A stretch of DNA of 64,000 bases from an uncultured Verrucomicrobiae bacterium. GTDB taxonomy: Bacteria > Verrucomicrobiota > Verrucomicrobiia > Chthoniobacterales > UBA10450. The stretch spans positions 192,001-256,000 of the forward strand of contig CAVSDR010000004.1 of the NCBI GenBank assembly GCA_963726745.1, read 5' to 3'. Within the stretch, counting starts at the first letter, position 1. Every line of letters begins with the position of its first letter. The notes beneath the pieces were generated by a model that worked only from the letters and a program-made list of their open reading frames with translations, was not told where the DNA came from and ran no database searches. This document shows positions 41,136-50,688 of the stretch, piece by piece. A program made the translations under genes and the position numbers.

Positions 41136-41612
41136 CTAGCTTTCTGCTTTCTCTGCGCCAGCTTCGGCCTGGGCCGGGGCGGCTACTTTGGTTTCTTTCG
41201 CGGGCTTGGCGGCCTTCGCGCGGGTGCTCTTTTTCGCGCCCGACTTCTTCGCCTTCGACTTGTCGCGGCGCTTGATCTCGATCTCGTCGGTTAAAATAAT
41301 CCGGATGTGCGCGCTACGCTTGAGGATGCGGCTGCCACTTCCGCGGGCGCGCGTCATCATCCGCTTCATCGTGGGGCCTTCACCCACAGTGGCCTCTTTC
41401 ACCACCAGGCCGTCGACCTTCATGTTGGCGTTGTTCTCCGCGTTGGCCACGGCGCTCTTGAGCGTCTTGTTCACCAAACCGGCGGCTTTTTTGGGGCTAA
41501 ACGCGACCACGTCGAGCGCTGCCGAAACCGGCAGACCCTGGATGGCACGCGTGACCTCGCGCACCTTGAAGGGCGAAATCTTCGCGTAACGATATATCGA
41601 TCGGACTTCCAT
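41136..41612 (-). CDS. rplV: 50S ribosomal protein L22
   Basis: [27 protein letters not shown]. Confidence 0.95.
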   Translation of the reverse strand: MEVRSIYRYAKISPFKVREVTRAIQGLPVSAALDVVAFSPKKAAGLVNKTLKSAVANAENNANMKVDGLVVKEATVGEGPTMKRMMTRARGSGSRILKRSAHIRIILTDEIEIKRRDKSKAKKSGAKKSTRAKAAKPAKETKVAAPAQAEAGAEKAES

Positions 41613-42404
41613 TTACTTTAAACTCACGTTTTGGCGGGCATCAGCTTGCAGCTTATCCCCTACCTTTATTTTTTCCTTCGTCGTTCCCAATTCCTGAATC
41701 ACCGCCCCGCAAATCTTCTGGCGCACATCGACCACCCGGAGGGTGGCGATCAGGCGGCCGTCGCGCAGCACGCGCAATGGCATCCCAACCTTGACTCCCT
41801 GCCGTTCGCCGAGGTTACCCACGACCAGCGACCACTCGTCTTTCACACTCACCACGCTGCCATCCATCAAGCTGGGCTGCGGCTCCGGCGCTTTCGCCTG
41901 CTGGCTAATCTCGTTCGTCCGCCGCAATTGCGCTTCCACTTCCGCGCGGGCCTTCGCATCGCCGCCCGTTGAAGTCTGGAGCAGCGGCAAAAGCGCTTCC
42001 GTTAACCGCAACATCTGGTCGCGATACTGATCGCGCTCCTTGCGCATCAACTGCAAGTCACTGACCGCGCTTAGGAGCCGTTGCTCCAGCTTCGCACGAT
42101 CCTGACTTGCCGCATCGAGGCCTAATGCTTCCACGCGCAGCTGCAGGTCCGAATACTTTCGGCGGAACAATTCCGCTTCGGCATTCGACTCGGCCAGGCT
42201 CTCCGTGAGGGCCCGGACCGACTGCTGCTGCACCTCGAGCTGCTCGCGCAACTCGCTCAAATTGGATCCTGACAAAGAACTATTTCCCTGCGCCATCAGC
42301 TCACTGGCTGACAAGACGCTGCCTAACAACGCGATCATCGGTTTGCGCCCGACACCGGCCTTTACAGGCCTGCGCCAGTCGAAAAGCGAAAATCGAAAAT
42401 TCAA
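41613..42404 (-). CDS. Hypothetical coiled-coil protein inserted in the S10 operon
   Basis: 263-aa ORF exactly filling rpsS-rplV; hydrophobic N-terminal segment, heptad region, C-terminal beta domain (LVVGNLGERQGVKVG); start uncertain. Confidence 0.75.
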   Translation of the reverse strand: MNFRFSLFDWRRPVKAGVGRKPMIALLGSVLSASELMAQGNSSLSGSNLSELREQLEVQQQSVRALTESLAESNAEAELFRRKYSDLQLRVEALGLDAASQDRAKLEQRLLSAVSDLQLMRKERDQYRDQMLRLTEALLPLLQTSTGGDAKARAEVEAQLRRTNEISQQAKAPEPQPSLMDGSVVSVKDEWSLVVGNLGERQGVKVGMPLRVLRDGRLIATLRVVDVRQKICGAVIQELGTTKEKIKVGDKLQADARQNVSLK

Positions 42405-42409
42405 AAAAA

Positions 42410-42688
42410 CTACTTCGTCACCTTCGCCGTATGCGACCCGTGCTTCTTAAAGATGCGCGTCGGTGAGAACTCCCCGAGTTTGTGCCCGACCATGTTTTCG
42501 GTCACGAAAACGGAGTTAAAAATCTTGCCATTATGCACCAGGAAGGTGTGCCCCACGAAATCAGGCGTCACCATCGAACGGCGCGACCAGGTCTTGATCG
42601 GCTTCTTCACCCCGGCGGTGTTCATCTTGTCGATCTTCTCGAGAAGATGCGGTTCGACGAACGGTCCTTTTTTTAACGATCGGCTCAT
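42410..42688 (-). CDS. rpsS: 30S ribosomal protein S19
   Basis: [17 protein letters not shown]. Confidence 0.97.
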   Translation of the reverse strand: MSRSLKKGPFVEPHLLEKIDKMNTAGVKKPIKTWSRRSMVTPDFVGHTFLVHNGKIFNSVFVTENMVGHKLGEFSPTRIFKKHGSHTAKVTK

Positions 42689-42694
42689 AGCAAA

Positions 42695-43546
42695 TTACTT
42701 CTTCTTCCGGCTCACGCGGCGATCCTGCATGATGAAGCGATCGCTTGGCTTGTGCTTCGAACGGGTCTTGAAGCCCTTCGCGAGCTGACCCCATGGGCTG
42801 GTAAGATGTTGGCGTCCGCCACCACCCTTGGATTTGCCCTGGCCGCCACCGTTCGGGTGATCGACCGGGTTCATGACCATGCCGCGGACGGTCGGGCGGA
42901 TGCCCTTCCAGCGCGAACGGCCGGCCTTGCCGCTGACCACATTCATGTGATCGACGTTTCCGACCTGGCCGATGGTGGCAAAGCAGGTGTCGTGAATCCG
43001 GCGAATCTCGCCAGACGGCAACTTCACCAAGGCATAACCGGCTTCCCGGTTGCTCAAGGTCGCCTGCTGACCGGCGCTCCGCGCCACCTGGCCACCGCGA
43101 CCCGGGGCGATCTCGATATTGTGAATGCTCGCGCCGAGCGGGATTGCGCTCAACGGAAGCGCATTGCCCACTTCCGGCGGGGCGGTTGGGCCAGACATCA
43201 CTTTCGCACCGGCGGTCAAACCGTCCGGAGCCAGGATATAGCTCATCTCGCCGTCTGCATATTTGATCAGGGCGATACGAGCAGAGCGGTTCGGATCGTA
43301 CTCGATCCCCACCACTTCGGCGCCGACGCCATGCTTCCGCCGGCGGAAGTCGACCTTGCGATATTTCTGTTTGTGCCCGCCGCCGATGTGACGCGAGGTC
43401 AAACGGCCATTATTGTTGCGGCCACCGCTGCGCTTCTTGACTTCCAGCAGCGACTTGTGCGGCTTCGACTTCGTGATTTCCTCGAAGGTCGAGAGCGTCG
43501 CAAAGCGAAGCGTCGGGGTGAGTGGGCGAAATGTGCGTATTGCCAT
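42695..43546 (-). CDS. rplB: 50S ribosomal protein L2
   Basis: [23 protein letters not shown]. Confidence 0.97.
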   Translation of the reverse strand: MAIRTFRPLTPTLRFATLSTFEEITKSKPHKSLLEVKKRSGGRNNNGRLTSRHIGGGHKQKYRKVDFRRRKHGVGAEVVGIEYDPNRSARIALIKYADGEMSYILAPDGLTAGAKVMSGPTAPPEVGNALPLSAIPLGASIHNIEIAPGRGGQVARSAGQQATLSNREAGYALVKLPSGEIRRIHDTCFATIGQVGNVDHMNVVSGKAGRSRWKGIRPTVRGMVMNPVDHPNGGGQGKSKGGGGRQHLTSPWGQLAKGFKTRSKHKPSDRFIMQDRRVSRKKK

Positions 43547-43552
43547 AAGTCG

Positions 43553-43837
43553 TTAGACGAGGTCGATCTTCTCGCCCTCTTTCAGGGTCACGATGGCTTT
43601 TTTCCAGTGCGGCTTCCGGCCGAAATCGGCGCGGCGCTCGCGCTTTTTCTTGCCGGCGTAGTTCGCCGTGTTCACGGAAACAACCTTCTTGTTGAAGAGC
43701 TGCTCGATCGCCTGCTTGATCTGGATTTTGTTCGCCCGCGGGGCGACCCGGAAGACGTACTTGTTCAGCTTCTCGCTCAAGAGCGAGGCCTTCTCGGTCA
43801 ACGAGGCGGTTTCAATGATGTCGAAAGGTTCGTTCAT
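43553..43837 (-). CDS. rplW: 50S ribosomal protein L23
   Basis: TEKA, WKKAIVTL. Confidence 0.95.
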   Translation of the reverse strand: MNEPFDIIETASLTEKASLLSEKLNKYVFRVAPRANKIQIKQAIEQLFNKKVVSVNTANYAGKKKRERRADFGRKPHWKKAIVTLKEGEKIDLV

Positions 43838-44448
43838 TCCCGGGTGGTCCTTCCCGCGAGCTGCTCGAGGGCTTTGCTGGTGACAAGGATCTTGTCGAAA
43901 GCCAGCAGTTGTTCGGTGTTCACGTCGGTCGCGGTCGCGAGCAACACCGGCCGCACATTACGCGCAGCGCGATAGGTGTTCTCGTCAAACGCGTCCGAAA
44001 TAAGCAGCACTTTGGTCGCGTCGGTCTGCTGTTTCAGCAGGGTCAGAAAAGTCTTGGTCTTGATCTCCGGCACGGAGAAAGAATCGATCGTGAGCACGTC
44101 GCCCGCGTTGATCCGCTCAGTCAGCGCTTTCGAGAAAGCGAGTCGGCGGGTCGTCTTGGAAACCTTCTTCGTGTAGTCCCGCGGCTTCGGTCCGAAGACC
44201 ACGCCGCCGCCGCGCCAAATAGGCGACGACTTGTAGCCCGCACGGGCGCGGCCGGTCCCCTTCTGGCGCCAGGGCTTGGCACCGGAAAGATTGACTTCCG
44301 CCTTCGTCTTCGTGTTGGCCGAGCCGGAACGGCGCGCCGCGCGCATGGCCACGACCACATCGTGCACCGCTTGCGTCCCGCGTCCGCCTTCCACCAGGAC
44401 CATCTTCGCGTCCTTCGCGGCTTCGATTGTTAAAACTTTCGCGCTCAT
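43834..44448 (-). CDS. rplD: 50S ribosomal protein L4
   Basis: KPWRQKGTGRARAG, GGGVVFGPKPR. Confidence 0.97.
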   Translation of the reverse strand: MSAKVLTIEAAKDAKMVLVEGGRGTQAVHDVVVAMRAARRSGSANTKTKAEVNLSGAKPWRQKGTGRARAGYKSSPIWRGGGVVFGPKPRDYTKKVSKTTRRLAFSKALTERINAGDVLTIDSFSVPEIKTKTFLTLLKQQTDATKVLLISDAFDENTYRAARNVRPVLLATATDVNTEQLLAFDKILVTSKALEQLAGRTTRE

Positions 44449-45095
44449 TTCGCTTCCCCTGCTTTCACGGGCTTCTTGATCGCCGGGCGCACAACCACCA
44501 GGCTGCCATTCGCTCCGGGGATCGCCCCGCTGATCAAAATTACCTTGTCGCTCTCGCGCACCTGCAGGACCTGCAGGTTCTGCACGGTCACGCGCTCGTC
44601 GCCCATATGACCCGGCATGCCCATGTTCTTGAACACGCGGCCGGGGGTGGAGCGATTACCGATGGCGCCGTTGCGGCGGTGAGTCTTTGAACCGTGCGCC
44701 GCGCCCTGGCCGGCGAAGTTGTGCTTCTTCATCACGCCCTGGAAGCCTTTGCCCTTCGAGCGGCCAATCACGTCCACCCAGTCGCCTTCGGCGAACTGCG
44801 TCACGCTCAAGTTGATCTCGCTCTCCGGCGCGTCTTCCTGCAGGCGGAATTCCCGCACGAAACGCTTCGGCTCGACCCCAGCTTTCTTGAACTCGCCGAG
44901 ATTCGCGTTGTTGATCCGCGACTCCTTCTGCGCGCCGTAGCCGACCTTGATCGCCGAGTAGCCGTCATTCTCCGCGGTGACACGTCGCACGATGACGTTG
45001 TCCCCCGCAGCGATCACGGTAACAGGACGCAGCTTGCCCGATGCATCGTAGATGCTGGTCATGCCGATTTTCTGTCCTAAAAGTCCAATGCTCAT
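44445..45095 (-). CDS. rplC: 50S ribosomal protein L3
   Basis: KIGMT, SKGKGFQG, MPGHMG. Confidence 0.97.
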   Translation of the reverse strand: MSIGLLGQKIGMTSIYDASGKLRPVTVIAAGDNVIVRRVTAENDGYSAIKVGYGAQKESRINNANLGEFKKAGVEPKRFVREFRLQEDAPESEINLSVTQFAEGDWVDVIGRSKGKGFQGVMKKHNFAGQGAAHGSKTHRRNGAIGNRSTPGRVFKNMGMPGHMGDERVTVQNLQVLQVRESDKVILISGAIPGANGSLVVVRPAIKKPVKAGEAK

Positions 45096-45131
45096 GATAG
45101 TGGGCTTGCAAATGTTCCAAGTGCGCGGGCA

Positions 45132-45443
45132 CTAAATCTTGATCGTGATATCCACGCCGGCCGGCAGGTTGAGTTTCTTCAGCTCATCCACCGTCTTCGC
45201 GGTCGGCTCGATAATGTCGAGCAGGCGCTTGTGCGTGCGAATTTCAAACTGGTCCATCGACTTCTTGTCGACGTGCGGCGAGCGGTTGACCGTGAACTTC
45301 TCGATCAAGGTCGGGAGCGGGATCGGTCCCGCGACGCGCGCGCCGGTGCGCTTGGCCGTTTCGACAATGTCGACGGCAGATTGATCCAGCATTCGGTGAT
45401 CGAATGCTTTCAGACGAATGCGAATACGTTGCCCGCTGGCCAT
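45132..45443 (-). CDS. rpsJ: 30S ribosomal protein S10
   Basis: [25 protein letters not shown]. Confidence 0.97.
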   Translation of the reverse strand: MASGQRIRIRLKAFDHRMLDQSAVDIVETAKRTGARVAGPIPLPTLIEKFTVNRSPHVDKKSMDQFEIRTHKRLLDIIEPTAKTVDELKKLNLPAGVDITIKI

Positions 45444-45444
45444 G

Positions 45445-47624
45445 TTACTTGGTCTCCTTCTGGTCGAGCACAGCGGCGACGAGCTGCTGCGGGACTTGTT
45501 CGAAATGTGACGGCTCCATCGAGTAGCTCGAACGGCCTTTGGAAAGCGAACGGATGGCGGTGGCGTAACCGAACATTTCGGCCAGCGGCACTTCCGCCTG
45601 GATCATCGTGAGGTTGCCCTTCACTTCGATGCTTCCGATCTTGCCGCGGCGACGGTTCAAGTCGCCCATGATGTCGCCCTGGAATTCTTCCGGGGTGGCG
45701 TTTTCCACCTTCATGATCGGCTCGAGCAGGATCGGCTTGGCTTTCTTGAACGCGTCCTTGACTGCAAAAATAGCCGCCAACTTGAAGGCCATTTCGTTCG
45801 AATCGACGTCGTGGTAGGAGCCGTCGACGATGTCAACGTGCGCGTCGATCACCTGGTAGCCGCCGACCACGCCATTGAGCATCGCTTCTTCGATGCCCTT
45901 CTTGCAGGCGGGAATGTATTCCTTCGGAATGTTGCCGCCCACGACTTTGTTCTCCACCGTGATCCCCTTGCCGCGCTCGTTCGGCGCGACCTTGATCACC
46001 ACGTGACCGTATTGACCGCGACCGCCCGACTGCTTGATCAGCTTGCCTTCGCCATCGGCCGGTGAGGTGATGGTTTCGCGGTAAGCGATCTGCGGTTTGC
46101 CGGAGTTCGCGTCGACCTTGAACTCACGCAGCATGCGGTCGCGAATGATCTCCAAATGGAGTTCGCCCATGCCCGCGATGATCGTCTGGCCGGTGTCTTC
46201 GTGCGTGAAGACCTTAAAAGTCGGATCCTCTTCGGACAAACGCTGGAGCGCGTTGCCCATCTTTTCCTGGTCCTGCTTCGTCTTCGGCTCGATCGCCATC
46301 GAGATGACGGGATCAGGGAACGACGGCGGCTCGAGCAGGATCGGGTGATCCTCGTCGCAGAGCGTGTCGCCCGTGGTGATATTCTTAATCCCCACGATCG
46401 CGGCAATGTCGCCCGCGTAGCAGGTGTCGATGTCTTCGCGCTTGTCGGCCTGAATCTGAATCAGCCGGCTAATGCGCTCGCGCTTGTTCGTGCGCGGGTT
46501 GTAAACGTTGTCGCCCTTCGAGAGGGAGCCGGAATAAACGCGGAAGAAGACGAGCTTGCCGACAAACGGATCGCTCCAAAGCTTGAACGCGAGCGAGCAG
46601 AACTTGCCGTTGTCGTCCGTCGGCGCTTCGATTTTCTTCTCGGTGTTATCGGGATCGAGACCCACGGCCGGCGGAATGTCCAGCGGGCCCGGAAGGTAAT
46701 CGATGACCGCATCGACGAGATACTGCACGCCCTTGTTCTTGAAAGCGGAACCACCGACCACCGGCACGAACTTGTTCGCGATCGTCTGGCGGCGGATGCC
46801 CGCCTTCAACATCTGCGGAGTGATCTCTTTCTCTTCGAGAACCGCTTCCGCGATCTCGTCGTCAATATTGGAAATCTGCTCGACCAAGCGTGGCGTAAGC
46901 CTGCTCGACCTGCTCTTTGTTCTCCTCGGGAATCTTCGCGGACTTCGTAGACCGAGCCCATCGAGTCGTCGTCGAGATAGAAGACCGCCTTGCGGTTGAC
47001 CACATCGAGCTGGCCCTTGAGATAATCTTCTTTGCCGAGAGGGATCAGCACCGGCCAGGCATTCGCGGCCAGCTTCTTGTGCATCGAGTCGATCGCCGCG
47101 TCGAAGTCGGCGCCCACGCGATCCATCTTGTTGATGAAAGCGATCCGCGGCACTTGATACTTGTTCGCCTGACGCCAGACGGTCTCGGATTGCGGCTGCA
47201 CGCCGGCGACCGCGTCGAAAACTGCGATGGCACCGTCGAGCACGCGCAGGGAGCGCTCGACCTCGGCGGTGAAATCGACGTGCCCGGGAGTGTCGATGAT
47301 GTTCACGCGCATTTTGATGCCGTCATACATCTTGTAGACACCCGGCTCCGGCTTCTGCATCCAGGCGCAGGTCGTCGCAGCCGACGTGATCGTGATGCCA
47401 CGCTCGCGTTCCTGCTCCATCCAATCCGTCACGGTCGTGCCTTCGTGCACTTCACCGATCTTGTGGATCATGCCGGTGTAAAAAAGGATGCGCTCGGTCA
47501 GCGTCGTCTTGCCGGCATCGATGTGCGCAGCAATCCCGATGTTCCGCGTCTTCTCGAGCGGGAACTTGCGGTTCGGCGAATTCGGGTTCGTCGATTTGGG
47601 TTTATCTAGAGTCGCAGTAGCCAT
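45445..47624 (-). CDS. fusA: Elongation factor G (two +1 indels near 46935 and 46887)
   Basis: [41 protein letters not shown]; removing two bases restores ...[25 protein letters not shown]. Confidence 0.95.
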
Positions 47625-47636
47625 GACCAAAAATTT

Positions 47637-48110
47637 CTACCAACGGAAATGTGCAAAGGCGCGGTTCGCCTGCGCCATCTTGTGAGTGTCGTCGCGCTTC
47701 TTGATCGCGTTGCCCTGGCCGGCAGCGGCGTCCTTCAGTTCAGCCGCGAGCGCATCGGCCATCGGCATGCCGCGGCGGTTGTCCGCGTAGGCCACGATCC
47801 AGCGCATCGCGAGCGAGACCTGGCGGGCCGGGGTCACTTCCATCGGCACCTGGTAGGTCGCGCCACCAACGCGGCGGGACTTCACTTCGAGGCGCGGGCG
47901 GACATTTTCCAGCGCTTTGTTGACCACTTCGAGCGGATCGACCGCATCGGAGTTTTCGCGCGATTTATCGATCGCGGTATAAACGATCCGCTCCGCGAGC
48001 GATTTCTTGCCGCGCTTCATCACGGTCGAAATCAAACGCGCCACGGCAACGCTGCCGTAACGCGAGTCAACCTTCTCTTCTTTTTTATAAACTTTCCGAC
48101 GACGGGACAT
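47637..48110 (-). CDS. rpsG: 30S ribosomal protein S7
   Basis: EVKSRRVGGATYQVP, ANRAFAHFRW. Confidence 0.97.
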   Translation of the reverse strand: MSRRRKVYKKEEKVDSRYGSVAVARLISTVMKRGKKSLAERIVYTAIDKSRENSDAVDPLEVVNKALENVRPRLEVKSRRVGGATYQVPMEVTPARQVSLAMRWIVAYADNRRGMPMADALAAELKDAAAGQGNAIKKRDDTHKMAQANRAFAHFRW

Positions 48111-48130
48111 GGGAGTGGGTCAGTTAAAGA

Positions 48131-48538
48131 CTACTTCTTCTTGCCTTTGGTTTCGGCTTCGGCACCTGGCTTCGGACGCTTGGCGCCGTATTTCGAGCGG
48201 CTGCGGCGGCGACCGTCCACCCCGAGGCTGTCGAGCGTGCCGCGCACGATGTGATAACGCACGCCGGGCAAATCTTTCACGCGTCCGCCGCGCACGAGCA
48301 CGATGGAGTGTTCCTGCAAATTGTGTCCCTCGCCGGGAATGTAAGCGATGATCTCCTGGCCATTCGTCAGGCGCACCTTGGCCACTTTGCGCAAGGCAGA
48401 GTTCGGCTTTTTCGGCGTGCGCGTCATGACCTGCGTGCACACCCCGCGGCGCTGCGGACAATTCTTCAGTGCCGGTGATTTCGATTTCACCGAAACTTTC
48501 TTTCGTCCCTTGCGAATAAGCTGATTGATCGTTGGCAT
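48131..48538 (-). CDS. rpsL: 30S ribosomal protein S12
   Basis: [28 protein letters not shown]. Confidence 0.97.
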   Translation of the reverse strand: MPTINQLIRKGRKKVSVKSKSPALKNCPQRRGVCTQVMTRTPKKPNSALRKVAKVRLTNGQEIIAYIPGEGHNLQEHSIVLVRGGRVKDLPGVRYHIVRGTLDSLGVDGRRRSRSKYGAKRPKPGAEAETKGKKK

Positions 48539-48638
48539 TTCGTTACAATAAAAGCCGCCCAACGATTCCGTTCGGGCGACGAAAAAACCGCTCAGGCCGG
48601 CACTCAAATTCCTGCCGCACCTGATGCGGGGAGCGCGC

Positions 48639-48666
48639 AATATAGGAACGAATCATTACCCCGCAA
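48639..48666 (-). promoter_or_regulatory. Candidate sigma-70 promoter of the str/S10/spc cluster
   Basis: Minus strand TTGCGG-N16-TATATT about 100 nt upstream of rpsL. Confidence 0.5.
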
Positions 48667-48747
48667 GAATATTTTCCTCTGGGAACGCCCTAGGCGCTCA
48701 ATTCCCGCGCGCGCAGGGACTTTCTCCCGCCCTAACGAGTGCTGGAT

Positions 48748-50662
48748 CTACCCGGCAGCACTCGCGGCGGCGGCGATTTCCGCCAGCTCCTCCCAGCGCG
48801 CGTAAAGCCGCGCGACTTCCCGGCGCGCATTTTCCAGCTCCTCCTCGTGGCGCCGGAGATTCGCCGCTTCCCGCACGATAAATTCCGGGTCGGCGAAAAG
48901 GTTCTCCATCCGCGCGACCTCCCCCTCGGCCGCGAGGATGGCGGCTTCGATGCCTTCCAGCTCGCGCTCTTCCTTCCACTTCAACTTTCGCCCGCGCGCG
49001 GTCGGCGCGGCTTTCCCGGCCGGCTCCGCTTTCGCAGACACTCGGCGGCGCGGTTAATTCCTGCGCCCGCTTCTCGAGATAATAGTCGTAATTGCCCACC
49101 GCATAGCGCACCGCGCCGTCGTCCTCGAAGGCGAGGATCGCGGTGCAAACGCGGTTCAGGAAATAGCGGTCGTGACTCACGACCACGACGCTGCCCTTGA
49201 AAGCCGCGAGCGCTTCCTCGAGCAGGCGCAGCGTGCCCAGGTCGAGATCGTTCGTCGGCTCGTCGAGGATAAGCACGTTCCCGCCGCGCTTGAGAATTTT
49301 CGCCAGCAAGACGCGGCTGCGCTCGCCGCCGCTGAGTTGAAAGATCTTGGTGTTGATCCGGTCCTCGGTGAAGAGGAACCGCCGCAGGTAACCGCGCAGG
49401 GTGATGTTCTCCTCGCCGAGGCGCACGTATTCCATCCCCTCGCCCACCTCTTCCCAGACGGTTTTCTGGTCGTCCAGCAGCAGCCGGTTTTGGTCGACGT
49501 AATTGATCTCCGTCCGCGCCCCGATCTCGACCTCGCCACTGGTCGGCTCGAGTTGCCGGAGCATGATTTTCAACAGCGTCGACTTGCCGAGCCCGTTGCG
49601 CCCAACAATCCCCAGCCGCTCCCCCGCTTGCAGGTCTAACGAGACGTCGCGGAACAAGGTCCGGCCGCCCAGTTCCATCCCCACCCCGCGCACTTCGATC
49701 ACGCGATTGGCCAGCTTCGGCGCCGGCGGGATGATCAAGTCCACGTCGAGCTCCGCTTCCGGCGCTTCCTGCGCGGCCATCTCGAAATAGCGCTCCACCC
49801 GGTCGACCGATTTCGTCCGCCGCGCGCGCGGCGCTTTCCGCACCCAGGCGAGTTCGCGCTTGAGGAATTTCTGCCGCTTGTGCTCCTGCATCTCTTCCAC
49901 CGCGGCCCGCTCGGCGCGCGCCAGCAGGTAGTCGGTGTAGTTCCCGTCGTAGCTGTAAAATTTGCCGCGCGAAAGCTCGACTACGCGGGTGGCGATCCGG
50001 TCGAGAAAATAGCGGTCGTGCGTCACGAAAAGACAGGTGCCGCTGTAGCGCGCGAGAAAGTCCTCCAGCCACTCGATCGAGCCGGTGTCGAGATGGTTGG
50101 TCGGTTCGTCGAGGATGAGAAAATCCGGCCGCGCGAGCAACGCCCGGCAGAGCGCGACGCGCCGTTTCTCCCCGCCGGAAAGCTCGCTCACGCGGCGCTC
50201 GGCCGCGGGCGCGTGCAAATTAGTCAGCAAGCTCTGCGCGCGTTGCTCGAGATTCCAGCCGTCGAAATGCTCGATTTGCTCGAGCACCGTTCCGCTGCGC
50301 GCGCTCTCCGCCGGCAGCCGCTCGTATTCCGCGATCAAGTCGAGCACGTGCTGCGCACCCGCGAGAATATTAGCCTGCACATTGGCCGTCTCATCGAGCT
50401 CGAACATCTGCGGCATGTAGCCGGTAAGAAGGTCGCGGCGCTGATTGAGTTCGCCTGCGTCCGGCTTGGTGATCCCGGCCGCGATTTGCAGGAAGGTCGA
50501 CTTGCCCGAGCCATTCCGCCCGACCAAACCCACGCGCTCGCCTTCGCGAATCGTCAGGGTCGCATGGTCGAGCACCGCCTGGTTGCCAAACCGGACCACG
50601 AGTTCACTGGCACTGACCACGGCATTGGCGACGACGGCTTCGGACACCCCTTCCCATATCAC
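48748..50662 (-). CDS. ABC-F family ATPase (Uup-like), frameshift near 49040
   Basis: Two NBDs (GRNGSGKST/LSGGE/DEPTNHLD and GRNGLGKST/LSGGE/DEPTNDLD); C-terminal KLKWKEERELE..YARWEEL in the shifted frame. Confidence 0.9.
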
Positions 50663-50688
50663 ATTGTCAGCTCGTGATCAGCCGCGAG

